Below are positions 18,914-28,867 of a stretch of 64,000 nt of DNA, piece after piece; the first letter of the stretch is position 1; the number at the start of each line of letters is the position of its first letter. Under the pieces are notes generated by a model, which was not told the DNA's origin, ran no database searches, and was given only the letters and a program-made list of their open reading frames with translations. The DNA comes from Dehalococcoidia bacterium (lineage in GTDB: Bacteria > Chloroflexota > Dehalococcoidia > Lucifugimonadales > CBDCYU01). The stretch covers positions 343,936-407,935 of the forward strand of contig CBDCYU010000003.1 of assembly GCA_965224345.1 (NCBI GenBank), read 5' to 3'. The position numbers and the translations under genes are program-made.

Positions 18914-19858
18914 ATGGCTCGCAGAGTGATCGGAATCGCAGTTTCGGCGGCGAACGCTGCGTCGGCAGTTGCGCAGATCCGCGAGGCGGAAGATATCGGA
19001 GTCCCGGCGGTGTGGCTCACCTCCAGCGGAGGCGGAGGGGACTCGATGATGGTGCTGGCGGCCGCTGCCGCCCGCACCGAACGGGTGCTGCTGGGCACGT
19101 CCATCGTGCAGACCTGGTCCAGGCATCCTGTATCGCTGGCCCAGCAGGTGCAGGTACTCGCGAGCCTCGCTCCCGGCCGGTTTCGGCTGGGAGTCGGCCC
19201 GGGACACAGAGAGGCTATGGAGCGCACCTTCGGCGCGGAGTTTCGCGCCCCCCTGGGACACCTCGGGGAGTACGTCCACATCCTCAAGGAGCTGCTGCAT
19301 CGCGGGGAGGTGGACTTCGACGGGCGCTACTACGCGGCCCACTCCTCGATAGCGAAAGCCGGTGACGTCCCCGTCATGGCCTCGGCCCTGCGGCCTCGCT
19401 CCTTCGATCTGTGCGGCGCGGAGGCCGACGGCGCCATAAGCTGGGTGTGCCCCCATGGGTACCTGCGAGAGTCGGCTCTTCCGGCTCTGCGCGCCGGGGC
19501 GGCCCGCGCCGGCAGAGACGCACCGCCCCTGATCGCCCACGCTCCCGTGATCGTCGAGGAGGATGCCGCCGCCGTTCGCGACGCCGTCCGCTCCCAGCTG
19601 GGCAACTACCCCCGCACCGTCTTCTACTCCAAGATGTTCTCCGCCGCTGGGGTGCCGGTGAGCGCAGAGGGCGGCTGGACGGACGAGATGATAGACGCCG
19701 TTGCCGTCTACGGTGACGAGGCTTCGGTAACTGATCAGCTGGAGGGCCTATTCCAGGGGGGTGTCGGCGAGGTGCTGGCCTCGGTGGTCACCGTGGGGGA
19801 CGCGAAGGCGTCGGCGGAGCGTACGATGCGGCTGCTGGCCAGAGTCTCGGCCTCCTGA
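18914..19858 (+). CDS. LLM class flavin-dependent oxidoreductase (possibly F420-dependent)
   Basis: LAAAAARTERVLLGTSIV, RHPVSLAQQ, GRFRLGVGPGH, GAEADG. Confidence 0.9.
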   Translation: MARRVIGIAVSAANAASAVAQIREAEDIGVPAVWLTSSGGGGDSMMVLAAAAARTERVLLGTSIVQTWSRHPVSLAQQVQVLASLAPGRFRLGVGPGHREAMERTFGAEFRAPLGHLGEYVHILKELLHRGEVDFDGRYYAAHSSIAKAGDVPVMASALRPRSFDLCGAEADGAISWVCPHGYLRESALPALRAGAARAGRDAPPLIAHAPVIVEEDAAAVRDAVRSQLGNYPRTVFYSKMFSAAGVPVSAEGGWTDEMIDAVAVYGDEASVTDQLEGLFQGGVGEVLASVVTVGDAKASAERTMRLLARVSAS

Positions 19859-19881
19859 GCGGCCCCGAGAGCAAACCGCCA

Positions 19882-21021
19882 ATGACAGCGGCGATCCAGC
19901 TGGCCGAGGTAGAGTTCGCGTCGGTGAGTGTGACGGAGCGCACCACCTGGACCTTTGCCGAGCTGTCCGACAGCGAGGGGCGGACGGCCCTGGTGGAGCT
20001 TACGTGCGGCGACGAGACGCCCGACGCCGTGGCGGCGCTTGCCGAATACGTGGCGGTGCTGAAAGGCCGAAACATCCCGGATGAGTCCGGCGTGGCCGGC
20101 TCATTGGGGTTGAGCGTCTCCGCCATCCGGGCCCGGCGCCCCCTGGCGTCCGCCGTCAGCGCCCTCCGCACCGCCATCGTCGTCCTACAGGCCCAGTCCA
20201 ATCGTATCAGCCTCACGGAGCAGCTTGGCGGCAGCGTACAGGACAGCGTCGAGCTGTACGCGAACATCAACCGCTCGATGGGGCCGGGCCAGCGGGCTCC
20301 CAGCGACTTCGCCGCGGCGGCCGAACGGGCCGTCGTCGACGGCTTTGCCGTGGTGAAGTGCGCCCCCTTCGACGACGTGACGCCGCCCGCGACGCTGGAC
20401 GAGGTGCGCCGCGTAGCCGCTCCCGGGATCCAGCGCGTTGCGGCCGTCAGGGAGGCCGTCGGGCCCGACGTGCGGCTCCTCGTCGACTGCCACAGCCGCT
20501 TCGAGACCGGGTCCGCCCCGTGGGTAGCGGAGGAGCTGGCGAAGTCAGGCGTGGGCTGGTTCGAGGAGCCGGTCCAGCCCACGAGGGACGCCGCCGGGCT
20601 GTCGGAGATCGCCGGGGCGGTCTCCATACCCGTCGCCGGCGGCGAGATCGGATACGGCGCCAGCTTCTTCACCGGTCTCGTTGCCCAAGGCGCGGTACAG
20701 GTCGTCATGCCCGACGTCAAGTACTGCGGAGGGGTCGCCGAGGCGGTCAGGGCCGGTCGGTCGGCGGGCCGAAACGGAGGCCAAGCCTCGCTGCACAGCC
20801 CTTCCGGGCCGGTGTCGCAGCTGGCCAGCGCCCACGCCGCAGCGGCAACGCCGGGGTCTCTGCCGCTGGAGCACGCGGTCTACGAGGCGCCCTGGCGCTC
20901 AGAGCTGCTGGACCCCCCGGAGCGGATCGAGGGCGGGCGTCTCTGGTTCCCCGGCGGCCCCGGCCTCGGTGCGGCGCTGGACCGGGAGGCGCTGGCCCGC
21001 TACTCGTCCCCGAACAGGTAG
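19882..21021 (+). CDS. Mandelate racemase/muconate lactonizing (enolase superfamily) enzyme
   Basis: LYANINR, VKCAPFD, LLVDCH, WFEEP, VAGGE, PDVKYCGG, HSPSGP, PGLG. Confidence 0.9.
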   Translation: MTAAIQLAEVEFASVSVTERTTWTFAELSDSEGRTALVELTCGDETPDAVAALAEYVAVLKGRNIPDESGVAGSLGLSVSAIRARRPLASAVSALRTAIVVLQAQSNRISLTEQLGGSVQDSVELYANINRSMGPGQRAPSDFAAAAERAVVDGFAVVKCAPFDDVTPPATLDEVRRVAAPGIQRVAAVREAVGPDVRLLVDCHSRFETGSAPWVAEELAKSGVGWFEEPVQPTRDAAGLSEIAGAVSIPVAGGEIGYGASFFTGLVAQGAVQVVMPDVKYCGGVAEAVRAGRSAGRNGGQASLHSPSGPVSQLASAHAAAATPGSLPLEHAVYEAPWRSELLDPPERIEGGRLWFPGGPGLGAALDREALARYSSPNR

Positions 21022-21548
21022 GCCACCATCAACAGCGCCGAGATGGTCTTGGAGTCCTCGATCTCGCCCACGCGGATCAGCTTCGAGATGTCGGACATGG
21101 AGTACCTCTCGACGCTTATGTCTTCGTCGTCGTCGGGAGCCAACCGGCTGGGGACCAGGTCCTTGGCCAGGAAGGCGTACATGTACTCATCGCAGAAGCC
21201 GGGGCTGGTCCAGAAGCCGCCCAGCGGGCGCATGTACCTGGCTCGGAAGCCCACCTCCTCCTGCAGCTCGCGCTGGGCGCACTCCCGCGGCGACTCCGGG
21301 GCTTCGATGATGCCGGCGGGCGCCTCCAGGAGCGACCGCCCCACCGCGTACCTGTACTGGCGCACCAGCAGCACGTTGTCGTCAGCGTCGATGGGCGCCA
21401 CAACCACCGCGGGGGCGTGCTCCACCACCTCGCGGGTCGACTCCCGGCCGCCGGGCAGGGTCACTCTGTCGACCCTCACCTTGATGATGCGGCCCTCAAA
21501 GACCGATTCGGTGCTTACCCGCTCCTCTGCCTGCATGGTCCCCTCCAC
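21000..21548 (-). CDS. NUDIX hydrolase (ADP-ribose pyrophosphatase-like)
   Basis: REVVEH, VRQYRY, Nudix box GIIEAPESPRECAQRELQEEVG, SPGF, IEDSKT. Confidence 0.93.
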   Translation of the reverse strand: MEGTMQAEERVSTESVFEGRIIKVRVDRVTLPGGRESTREVVEHAPAVVVAPIDADDNVLLVRQYRYAVGRSLLEAPAGIIEAPESPRECAQRELQEEVGFRARYMRPLGGFWTSPGFCDEYMYAFLAKDLVPSRLAPDDDEDISVERYSMSDISKLIRVGEIEDSKTISALLMVAYLFGDE

Positions 21549-21679
21549 TGGTTGGTCTACGTGCTCTGGTAGAAGGTGGCCGCGGCTATGGACAAAAACT
21601 CTGCCTGCGTGGTCCCTCCACTGGTGCTGCGTTGCTTTGATGGTAGGTTGCTTTGGTAGAAGATGGCCGCAGCTATGGG
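21525..21679. repeat. Imperfect tandem duplication in the nadK-NUDIX intergenic region
   Basis: CTCTGCCTGC(A/G)TGGTCCC(C)TCCACTGGT at 21525 and 21599; TGGTAGAAG(G/A)TGGCCGC(G/A)GCTATGG at 21567 and 21654. Confidence 0.8.
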
Positions 21680-22536
21680 AGAAGACGCCGCTCCCTGGGC
21701 AGGCGATCGAGACCGAGCCGCCACATCAGGGCGGAGTAGAATGCGCTGGGAGCATCGGCCCGCAGGAACCGCGTCGTATATGGGCTCCGCTTGATGACGA
21801 CACTGTCGCTGGCGCCCAGGGTCGTGTCCTGGAAGCCGTCGGCGCTTAGCATGGTGTGCCGGCCGTCCCTGACCCTCAGCTCTATGAGCGACTCCGACGG
21901 CACCACCAGCGGGTCCCGCAGGCCCGTATGGGGCGCGACGGGCTTGACCACCATGAGCCGCGCCTCCGGGTACAGGACCGGCCCGCCCGCCGACATCGCG
22001 TACCCGGTGCTCCCCGTGGCGGTGGACACGATGACCGCGTCGGCCCGGCTCGTCGGCAGGGCCACGCCGTCGATGGTGGCGTCGACGTTGAGGAGGCGGG
22101 CAATCGTGTTTCGTCCGACGACGACGTCGTTGAGGGCATGAAGGGTCACGCGGGGCCTTTCCTCCGGGTCGGCCATCACCTGGGCTTGGAGCATCATCCT
22201 CTCCTCCACCCTGACGCCTCCCTCCAGGTAGGAGGGCAGCCTCTCCACGACATCGTCGGCGCTCACCTCCGTCATGAAGCCCATGCGCCCCATATTGACC
22301 CCCACCAGGGGCGCCTCGAAGGGGGCCGCCACCCTGACGGTCCTCAGGATCGTCCCGTCGCCCCCGACGATGATCAATAGGGACGTGGACGCCAGCGCCG
22401 CGCGCATCTCGCCAAGAGAGCCGGCGGAGCTGACCCAGCACCTGTCTCCCAGATCCAGCTTCTCCACTATGTGGGACACGAGAGCGCCGGACGCGGGCAT
22501 CTGTGCGTTGTGTACGAGCCCAATCAAGTCGGCCAC
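21673..22536 (-). CDS. nadK: NAD(+)/NADH kinase; start approximate
   Basis: GGDGTIL, GVNMGRMGFM, ALND, ADAVIVSTATGSTGYAMSAGGP. Confidence 0.95.
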   Translation of the reverse strand: MADLIGLVHNAQMPASGALVSHIVEKLDLGDRCWVSSAGSLGEMRAALASTSLLIIVGGDGTILRTVRVAAPFEAPLVGVNMGRMGFMTEVSADDVVERLPSYLEGGVRVEERMMLQAQVMADPEERPRVTLHALNDVVVGRNTIARLLNVDATIDGVALPTSRADAVIVSTATGSTGYAMSAGGPVLYPEARLMVVKPVAPHTGLRDPLVVPSESLIELRVRDGRHTMLSADGFQDTTLGASDSVVIKRSPYTTRFLRADAPSAFYSALMWRLGLDRLPRERRLLP

Positions 22537-22573
22537 GATCACACCATTCGGGGGGTTGCCTGCCGGAGCCCGG

Positions 22574-24100
22574 TCAGGATAGCAGAACACTCGAGGCGGC
22601 CCTGGCCAGGTCCAGCAGAGGCGTGGGATAGACGCCGAAGAACAGGGTAACCGCGAAGGCGCTCATCACCGCCAATCGAATCGCGAGCCCCGACGCCAAC
22701 GGCTGATCGTCGGCGGGCGTCGACAGGTACATGACCTTCACGACCCTCAGATAGTAGTAGGCCGAGATGACGCTGTTGACGACGCCGGCCACTGCGAGCC
22801 ACCCCAGGCCGGTGTCGATGGCAGCGCCGAAGAGGTATATCTTCGCGACGAATCCCACCGTCGGGGGCAACCCTATGAGGGAGACCATGGCGAAGGCCAG
22901 GACCCCCGCGATGTACGGGGCCCGGCGAGCCATGCCCGCAAAGTCGTCGATCTCGTCGCTGCCGATACGGTTGGAGATTGCGATGACGGTCGAGAAGGCC
23001 GCCAGATTGGTGGCCGCGTAGCCCGCCAGGTAGAACAGCACTCCGGACGGTCCGTTGCTGATCTCCACGCCAGGCGCGCGCGCCGCGATGGCGGCCACGC
23101 CCAGCATCAGGTAGCCCGCATGGGCTATGGTGCTGTAGGCGAGCAGCCGCTTGATGTTGCTCTGCCTAATCGCCACCAGGTTCCCTATGGTCATCGACAG
23201 GACGCTGAGCACAGCGAAGGTGGCGCTCCAGTCCAGGCTCAGCGCCTCATCGGCAAAGGCCATGTAGAAGACCCTCAGTATCACGGCGAACCCGGCCGCC
23301 TTGCTGGCGACCGATAGGAACGCCGTCACGGGCGTCGGCGAGCCTTCGTATACGTCCGGCGCCCACATTTGGAAGGGAACGCTGGCGATCTTGAAGCCGA
23401 ACCCGGCGATGATGAGCACGACGCCGAAGAGGAGAGCATGGCTGCCGAAGGGAATCTCCTGGCTCAGGCCCATGCCGGCCAGCAGCCCCGCCACGTCCGC
23501 CAGCATCGTGCTCCCGGTGAAGCCATAGACCACCACCATGCCGTACAGCAGGACCGCCGAGCTGATGGCGCCCAGGACCAGGAACTTCATGCCCGACTCC
23601 GTAGACTTGCTGTCTCTGAGAAAGGCCGCCAACGCGGCAATGGGCAGGGCGGTGAGCTCCAGGGCGATGAAGATGGTGATCAGCTCCAGCGAAGAGGCCA
23701 GCAGCATCATCCCCGTCGTTGAGAAGAGAACCAAGGCGTAGTATTCGCCCCGAAGCCGGGGGATTCGGTCGACGTATTCAGCCGAGGACAGCACCACCAG
23801 GGCCGCGACGCCCACGAAGAGGAACTTGAAGAACAGGCTGAACTCGTCCACGACCAGGGTGCCGAATATCCCCGGGTTGTCGGCCGCGGATTCCAGGACG
23901 CCGAACAGGTCGATGCCGTCACCGCTGTTGAGGTCGAGCCACAGCGCTACGCTCAGCGCCAGGGGCGCCGCGAGACCGGCGAAGGCTGCGGTGGTAAGAA
24001 GTCCCCTCCGCGGAGCGGCAAGATCCAGCAGCAAGACGACGATGGCCAGCGCCGCGAGGCTGAGCTCCGGGGACAGTAGGTACAGGTCGTACGAAGTCAT
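22574..24100 (-). CDS. nuoN: NADH-quinone oxidoreductase subunit N (operon 1)
   Basis: ESGMKFLVLGA, FKIASVPFQMWAPDVYEGSPTP, KRLLAYSTIAHAGY, YYYLR. Confidence 0.95.
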   Translation of the reverse strand: MTSYDLYLLSPELSLAALAIVVLLLDLAAPRRGLLTTAAFAGLAAPLALSVALWLDLNSGDGIDLFGVLESAADNPGIFGTLVVDEFSLFFKFLFVGVAALVVLSSAEYVDRIPRLRGEYYALVLFSTTGMMLLASSLELITIFIALELTALPIAALAAFLRDSKSTESGMKFLVLGAISSAVLLYGMVVVYGFTGSTMLADVAGLLAGMGLSQEIPFGSHALLFGVVLIIAGFGFKIASVPFQMWAPDVYEGSPTPVTAFLSVASKAAGFAVILRVFYMAFADEALSLDWSATFAVLSVLSMTIGNLVAIRQSNIKRLLAYSTIAHAGYLMLGVAAIAARAPGVEISNGPSGVLFYLAGYAATNLAAFSTVIAISNRIGSDEIDDFAGMARRAPYIAGVLAFAMVSLIGLPPTVGFVAKIYLFGAAIDTGLGWLAVAGVVNSVISAYYYLRVVKVMYLSTPADDQPLASGLAIRLAVMSAFAVTLFFGVYPTPLLDLARAASSVLLS

Positions 24101-24200
24101 CTCGTCTGCGCCGTCAGATGCTCATCCGCCTTCCGGCGGTCCGTACGATACTGTGGCCCCTTTCTAACCTTTCCCCTCAGGGGGATGAGAAAAACACTCA

Positions 24201-25724
24201 TCATGGCAGCTTGGCCTGGGCGGCCAGCTGGAGCGACTCGACGATGGGCTCCAGGCCGCTCTTGAATACGTCCGAGATTACCGCCGGGTAGACACCGACG
24301 ACCAGTACCGCCAGCACCAGGGCCGCGATGGGGAGCATCTCCAGCGGCGTTGCGTCTTCAACCCTGTCGAAGCGCTCGGTCTGCGGACCGAACAGCGTCC
24401 TCTGCACCATCCACAGGATATACCCGGCGGTGAGGACGAGGCCGAAGGCGCTTACGGCGGTCAGCCAGCCCCAGACGGGGAAGGTCCCCAGGAACACGAA
24501 GACCTCCGAGACGAATCCACTCGTGCCCGGCAGACCGAGAGAGGCCAGGCCCGCCAGCAAGAAGGCGGAGGCCAGCACGGGCATACGGGTGGCGAGCCCT
24601 CCCAGGTCCGGAATGTAGCGGGTGTGGGTCTTCTCGTAGATGAAGCCCACCAGCAGGAAGAGCAGGCCCGTGATGGTCCCATGGGTGAACATCTGGAGGG
24701 ACGCGCCCGTGAGCCCAACGGGCGACACGGCTCCGGCGACCCCCGCCACCGAGGAGAGGCCCAGGAGGACGAACCCCATGTGGCTGACGCTGCTGAAGGC
24801 GATGAGGCGCTTTAGGTCCGTCTGCCTGAGAGTCACGACGGCGCCGTAGAGTACGTTGATCATACCCGCGGCGGCCAGCAGCCATGCCACGTCCGAGATG
24901 ACATCGGGAAACATCGACGCCGAGACGCGGATCATGCCGTAGGCGCCCATCTTCAGCAGCACCCCGGCCAGCATTACGCTGACGGCCGTGGGGGCGTCGG
25001 TGTGGGCATCGGGAAGCCACGTGTGGAGCGGCCATACGGGCAGCTTGACCGCAAAGCCGATGAACAGCAGCGCGAAGATCAGGCCTATGGGCATGACCAG
25101 CTCGGCGGTGCGAATCGCCTCGGGAAGCTTCGTCATGTCGAAGGTGTGCGGGTCCGTGGAGAAGAAGAGGACGAGGATACCGACCAGCATGAAGGCGCTG
25201 CCCAGCAGCGTAAAGACCAAGAACTTCATGGCCGAGTACTCTTTGCGGCCGCTTCCCCAAACGGCGATCAGGAAGAACATCGGCACCAGCTCCAGCTCCC
25301 AGAAGAGGAAGAACATGAAGAAGTCCAGGGAGAGGAAGACCCCCATAACCCCCGTCTGCAGAGCTAGGAGCCACACGAAGTACTCTCTGACCCGGTGCGC
25401 GATACGCCATGACGCGAAGACGGCCACCGTGCCCAGTAGGCCCGTGAGGAGGACCAGCGGCGCGCTCAGCCCGTCCACGCCTAGGAAATACTGCACTTCG
25501 AAGGAGGAGACGGGGATCCAGTCGGCCACTCGGTCCACGAGCTGGACGCCTCCGACCTCCTTGTCGTACATGGCGAAGACGACGCCGCTCAGGGCCAGCT
25601 CCGCCAGGGCCACTGCGCCTGCCAGTACCCGCACGGTGCGCACGCTGCCCCTGGTCAGCGCAATGAGGACCGCGCCCGCCAGGGGCAGAAAGACGATGGC
25701 CGTCAACCAGCCGGAGAATTCCAA
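24201..25724 (-). CDS. nuoM: NADH-quinone oxidoreductase subunit M (operon 1)
   Basis: LGVDGLS, FWELELVPM, KLPVWPLHTWLPDAHTDAPT, LLKMG, LGLPGTSGFVSE. Confidence 0.95.
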   Translation of the reverse strand: MEFSGWLTAIVFLPLAGAVLIALTRGSVRTVRVLAGAVALAELALSGVVFAMYDKEVGGVQLVDRVADWIPVSSFEVQYFLGVDGLSAPLVLLTGLLGTVAVFASWRIAHRVREYFVWLLALQTGVMGVFLSLDFFMFFLFWELELVPMFFLIAVWGSGRKEYSAMKFLVFTLLGSAFMLVGILVLFFSTDPHTFDMTKLPEAIRTAELVMPIGLIFALLFIGFAVKLPVWPLHTWLPDAHTDAPTAVSVMLAGVLLKMGAYGMIRVSASMFPDVISDVAWLLAAAGMINVLYGAVVTLRQTDLKRLIAFSSVSHMGFVLLGLSSVAGVAGAVSPVGLTGASLQMFTHGTITGLLFLLVGFIYEKTHTRYIPDLGGLATRMPVLASAFLLAGLASLGLPGTSGFVSEVFVFLGTFPVWGWLTAVSAFGLVLTAGYILWMVQRTLFGPQTERFDRVEDATPLEMLPIAALVLAVLVVGVYPAVISDVFKSGLEPIVESLQLAAQAKLP

Positions 25725-25735
25725 CTACGACCTCA

Positions 25736-27721
25736 CTACAAGAACAGCAGATAGAGCCCGAGTATGAACACGATCCCGACGGAGATGGCCATACCGTAAC
25801 CTTGGAGCTGACCCGTCTGGGGCTGACGGATGACCTCGCCGACACTCCGTCCCAGCCAACCGACGTTGTTGAAGAGCCTGTCGACGACGTACTTGTCTAT
25901 CCAGTCGGTCGCCGCCGCCACGCGACCGTAGAAGTAACGGGTGACCAGGTGTCCCTCGTATAGCTCATCCATGAAGTACTTTCGCGACAGCAGGACATAC
26001 AGGAACGGTACGCGTCGGCTCACCGACTCGGGAGAGACGAGCTTCAGCGAGTACATCAGGTACGCCAGGGCTATCCCCAGCAGGGCCGCCAGGGTCGAGG
26101 CGCCGGCGAGAGCGTAGCTGAAGCTCTCGTACCCCACGTCCACGGGCCCCTTGTCCAGGAAATAGCTGAGGGCGTGGGAGGAGACGAGTCCCAGGTCAAT
26201 CGGCGAGTTGACGGGGAAGCCGGCCAGCACCGCCGCCGCGGCCAGCACCGCAAGCGGGATAACCATGACCGCCGGTGATTCGCCAAGGTGGACGCCGCCT
26301 TCGCCCTCCGGCGCCTCTGGGTCCTCGTCGCCTCCCCCCCGGAAGTCGCCGCCGAAGGTCATGAACAGCGCCCGGAAGATGTAGAAGGCGGTCATGCATA
26401 CGGCTGCCATCGCCATCCAGAAGACGAGGTCTCCCACCAGGCCGCCGTGATGCCACGCACTCGCTACGATCTCGTCCTTGCTCCAGAAGCCCGACAGCGG
26501 GAATATTCCCGCCAGGCTGAGCCCGCCTATCACGAAGGTGGCGTAGGTCCAGGGCATCGCCTTCCTCAGGCCGCCCATGTACCGCATGTCGAAGGTCCCC
26601 GTGGCGTGGTTCACGCTCCCGGAGCCCAGGAAGAGCAGCGCCTTGAAGAAGGCGTGGGTGAACAGGTGGAAGATCGCCGCCCCGTAGGCGCCGACTCCCA
26701 GGGCCAGCATCATGAAGCCGAGCTGGCTGACGGTCGAATAGGCCAGCACCCGCTTGATGTCGTTGGCCGCTAGGCCCATCGACGCGGCGAATATGGCTGT
26801 GAAGCCTCCGATAAGGGCCACCACGGTCATGGCCGTGTCGGACGCCTCGAAGACCGGGAAGAAGCGCGCCACCAGGAACACGCCGGCGGCGACCATGGTG
26901 GCCGCGTGGATCAGGGCGCTGACGGGGGTCGGGCCCTCCATCGCGTCGGGAAGCCAGGTGTGCAGCGGGAACTGGGCCGACTTACCGGCGGCCCCGGCGA
27001 AGATTCCCACCGCAATCCAGGTGGCCGCACCCGCGCCAATCACTCCCCCCAGGGCCACCGCCCGGTAGATGTCCGGGATATCCAGGGGGTTGAGCCCCTC
27101 CGCGGCGAAGCCGTCTCCCTGGAGGAATAGGTACATTATGGCCAGCAGAAAGCCGAAGTCGCCGATGCGCGTAACGATGAAGGCCTTCTTCGCCGCCGCG
27201 GCCGCGGCGGGCCGCTGGTACCAGAACCCTATCAGCAGGTAGGAGCAGAGCCCCACGAGCTCCCAGAAGACGAAGAGCTGGACGACGTTTCTGGCCAGCA
27301 CCAGGCCTATCATCGAGGCGGTGAAGAGGGACATGAAGGCGAAGTACCGCGCGTATCCTGGGTCGAGCCTACCCTCGTGGTCCCTCATGTACCCCGTCGA
27401 GTACACCTGCACCATCAGGCTCACACCGGTCACCACCACCAGCATTATAGCGGTGAGAGGGTCCATCAGTATCCCCATAGAGATCCCCAGGCCCCCGACG
27501 GTGACCCACGGATGCGGGGACCAGAGCAGCTCGCCACCGCCCTGGACCACGCTGCCCAAGGCCCAGAGCGAGAGCGCCAGCGATACGCCGATGGCCAGGA
27601 TGGTCAGGTACCCAGCGACCTCCGCGTACCTGTTGAAGAACGGTCTGACGACCAAGGCTATCAGCACGAAGCTGCCGATCGGCAGGAAGAGGGTGAGCCA
27701 GACTGCCCCTTCGGTGATCAT
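25736..27721 (-). CDS. nuoL: NADH-quinone oxidoreductase subunit L (operon 1)
   Basis: WELVGLCSYLLIGFW, RIGD, GKSAQFPLHTWLPDAMEGPTPVSALIHAATMV, THAFFKALLFL. Confidence 0.96.
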   Translation of the reverse strand: MITEGAVWLTLFLPIGSFVLIALVVRPFFNRYAEVAGYLTILAIGVSLALSLWALGSVVQGGGELLWSPHPWVTVGGLGISMGILMDPLTAIMLVVVTGVSLMVQVYSTGYMRDHEGRLDPGYARYFAFMSLFTASMIGLVLARNVVQLFVFWELVGLCSYLLIGFWYQRPAAAAAAKKAFIVTRIGDFGFLLAIMYLFLQGDGFAAEGLNPLDIPDIYRAVALGGVIGAGAATWIAVGIFAGAAGKSAQFPLHTWLPDAMEGPTPVSALIHAATMVAAGVFLVARFFPVFEASDTAMTVVALIGGFTAIFAASMGLAANDIKRVLAYSTVSQLGFMMLALGVGAYGAAIFHLFTHAFFKALLFLGSGSVNHATGTFDMRYMGGLRKAMPWTYATFVIGGLSLAGIFPLSGFWSKDEIVASAWHHGGLVGDLVFWMAMAAVCMTAFYIFRALFMTFGGDFRGGGDEDPEAPEGEGGVHLGESPAVMVIPLAVLAAAAVLAGFPVNSPIDLGLVSSHALSYFLDKGPVDVGYESFSYALAGASTLAALLGIALAYLMYSLKLVSPESVSRRVPFLYVLLSRKYFMDELYEGHLVTRYFYGRVAAATDWIDKYVVDRLFNNVGWLGRSVGEVIRQPQTGQLQGYGMAISVGIVFILGLYLLFL

Positions 27722-27916
27722 CTACAGCTTCCTCAGAATCTCGTCCGCCACGTGCTCACGCCCCTTCGGGACCAGGACGCGGAACGGCACACGCTCTCCC
27801 CACGTCGTTATGTCCCCCTTGGGGAGCAGCTTGGTGGGCAGTCCGTCGCCCTCCAACACGTCCTTCCACATCTCGGCGATCATAAGGTTCGGGGCTTCCC
27901 TGTAATCGACCCACAC
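27722..27916 (-). CDS. Small DUF2007-like protein inside the nuo operon
   Basis: APNLMIAEMWKDVLEGDGLP...FRVLVP...ADEIL pattern; fills the nuoK-nuoL gap, and its stop abuts the nuoL ATG. Confidence 0.72.
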   Translation of the reverse strand: MWVDYREAPNLMIAEMWKDVLEGDGLPTKLLPKGDITTWGERVPFRVLVPKGREHVADEILRKL

Positions 27917-27927
27917 GGCGCTTCTCG

Positions 27928-28281
27928 CTACCTCTTCATCTGGTCGATGTCGGATACGAGCACCGACTGCCGCGTCCGGTAGATGGCGACGACGATCGCC
28001 AGGCCAAGGGCAATCTCCGCGGCGGCGACCGTGATGATGAAGATGGCGAAGACCTGCCCCGTGAGGAGGAACTGCGCGACCTCATCCGACGCGTTCGCCG
28101 GACTCATCGCCAGGCTGCCGGGCAGGACGTAACGGGAAAATGCGACCGCGGTCACTATCACCCCGTTGAACATCAGCTCCAAAGACATCAACACGGTGAT
28201 GGCGTTCCGCTTCGAGAGGGCCCCGTAGAGACCTATGGCGAAGATGACGGCGCCGACGATCAGGAAGCTCTCGAGGCTCAC
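27928..28281 (-). CDS. nuoK: NADH-quinone oxidoreductase subunit K (operon 1)
   Basis: RNAITVLMSLELMFNG, GQVFAIFIITVAAAEIALGLA. Confidence 0.95.
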   Translation of the reverse strand: MSLESFLIVGAVIFAIGLYGALSKRNAITVLMSLELMFNGVIVTAVAFSRYVLPGSLAMSPANASDEVAQFLLTGQVFAIFIITVAAAEIALGLAIVVAIYRTRQSVLVSDIDQMKR

Positions 28282-28285
28282 CGCG

Positions 28286-28867
28286 TCACTCTTCCCTGAC
28301 CAGCGCCAGCGCGCCGATGATGGCCGCCAGCAGCAGCACCGACGCGGCCTCGAAGGCGAGCACGAAGTCGTTAATCAGGAGCCTCGCTATGAAGGGGATG
28401 GTGTCGGAGAAGACCTCGTTCACCTTGGCCGCGGACTCAGCCGGCAGCTCTACGGCGCGAGCCCCGTCTGCGGCCTCCCCTCGCATGGCCGGCTCCAGCA
28501 GCGTCCAATCGGTGTCGACCGCCACGAAGATGGCCACGGCCAAGAACAGGGCTGCAACGACACCCACTGGTATGCGAAGCCGATTGGATGGACTGCCCTC
28601 CTCGACGTCCCGGGTCATGAGTATGGCGAAGATGATGAGGACCGAGATGGCGCCGACGTAGATCAGGACCTGGACGGCGGCCAGAAACTCGGCCCGCAGG
28701 AGCACGAACATTCCCGCCACTCCCAAGAACGATACCACCAGAAACAGCGCCGCTCTGAAGAGGTCCCTGAGCTGGACGACCGCGACGGCCGCTACTATGC
28801 TGGAGACTGCGATGACCCAGAAGGCGACATCGACGATGAGCGTAGACTCTACTCCTTCGCCGATCAT
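28286..28867 (-). CDS. nuoJ: NADH-quinone oxidoreductase subunit J (operon 1)
   Basis: AEFLAAVQVLIYVGAISVL, FEAASVLLLAAIIGA. Confidence 0.94.
   Translation of the reverse strand: MIGEGVESTLIVDVAFWVIAVSSIVAAVAVVQLRDLFRAALFLVVSFLGVAGMFVLLRAEFLAAVQVLIYVGAISVLIIFAILMTRDVEEGSPSNRLRIPVGVVAALFLAVAIFVAVDTDWTLLEPAMRGEAADGARAVELPAESAAKVNEVFSDTIPFIARLLINDFVLAFEAASVLLLAAIIGALALVREE

Noticed and set aside
21525-21679. Possible mini-CRISPR array
   Set aside because: Only two imperfect units that overlap gene ends, and no cas genes.
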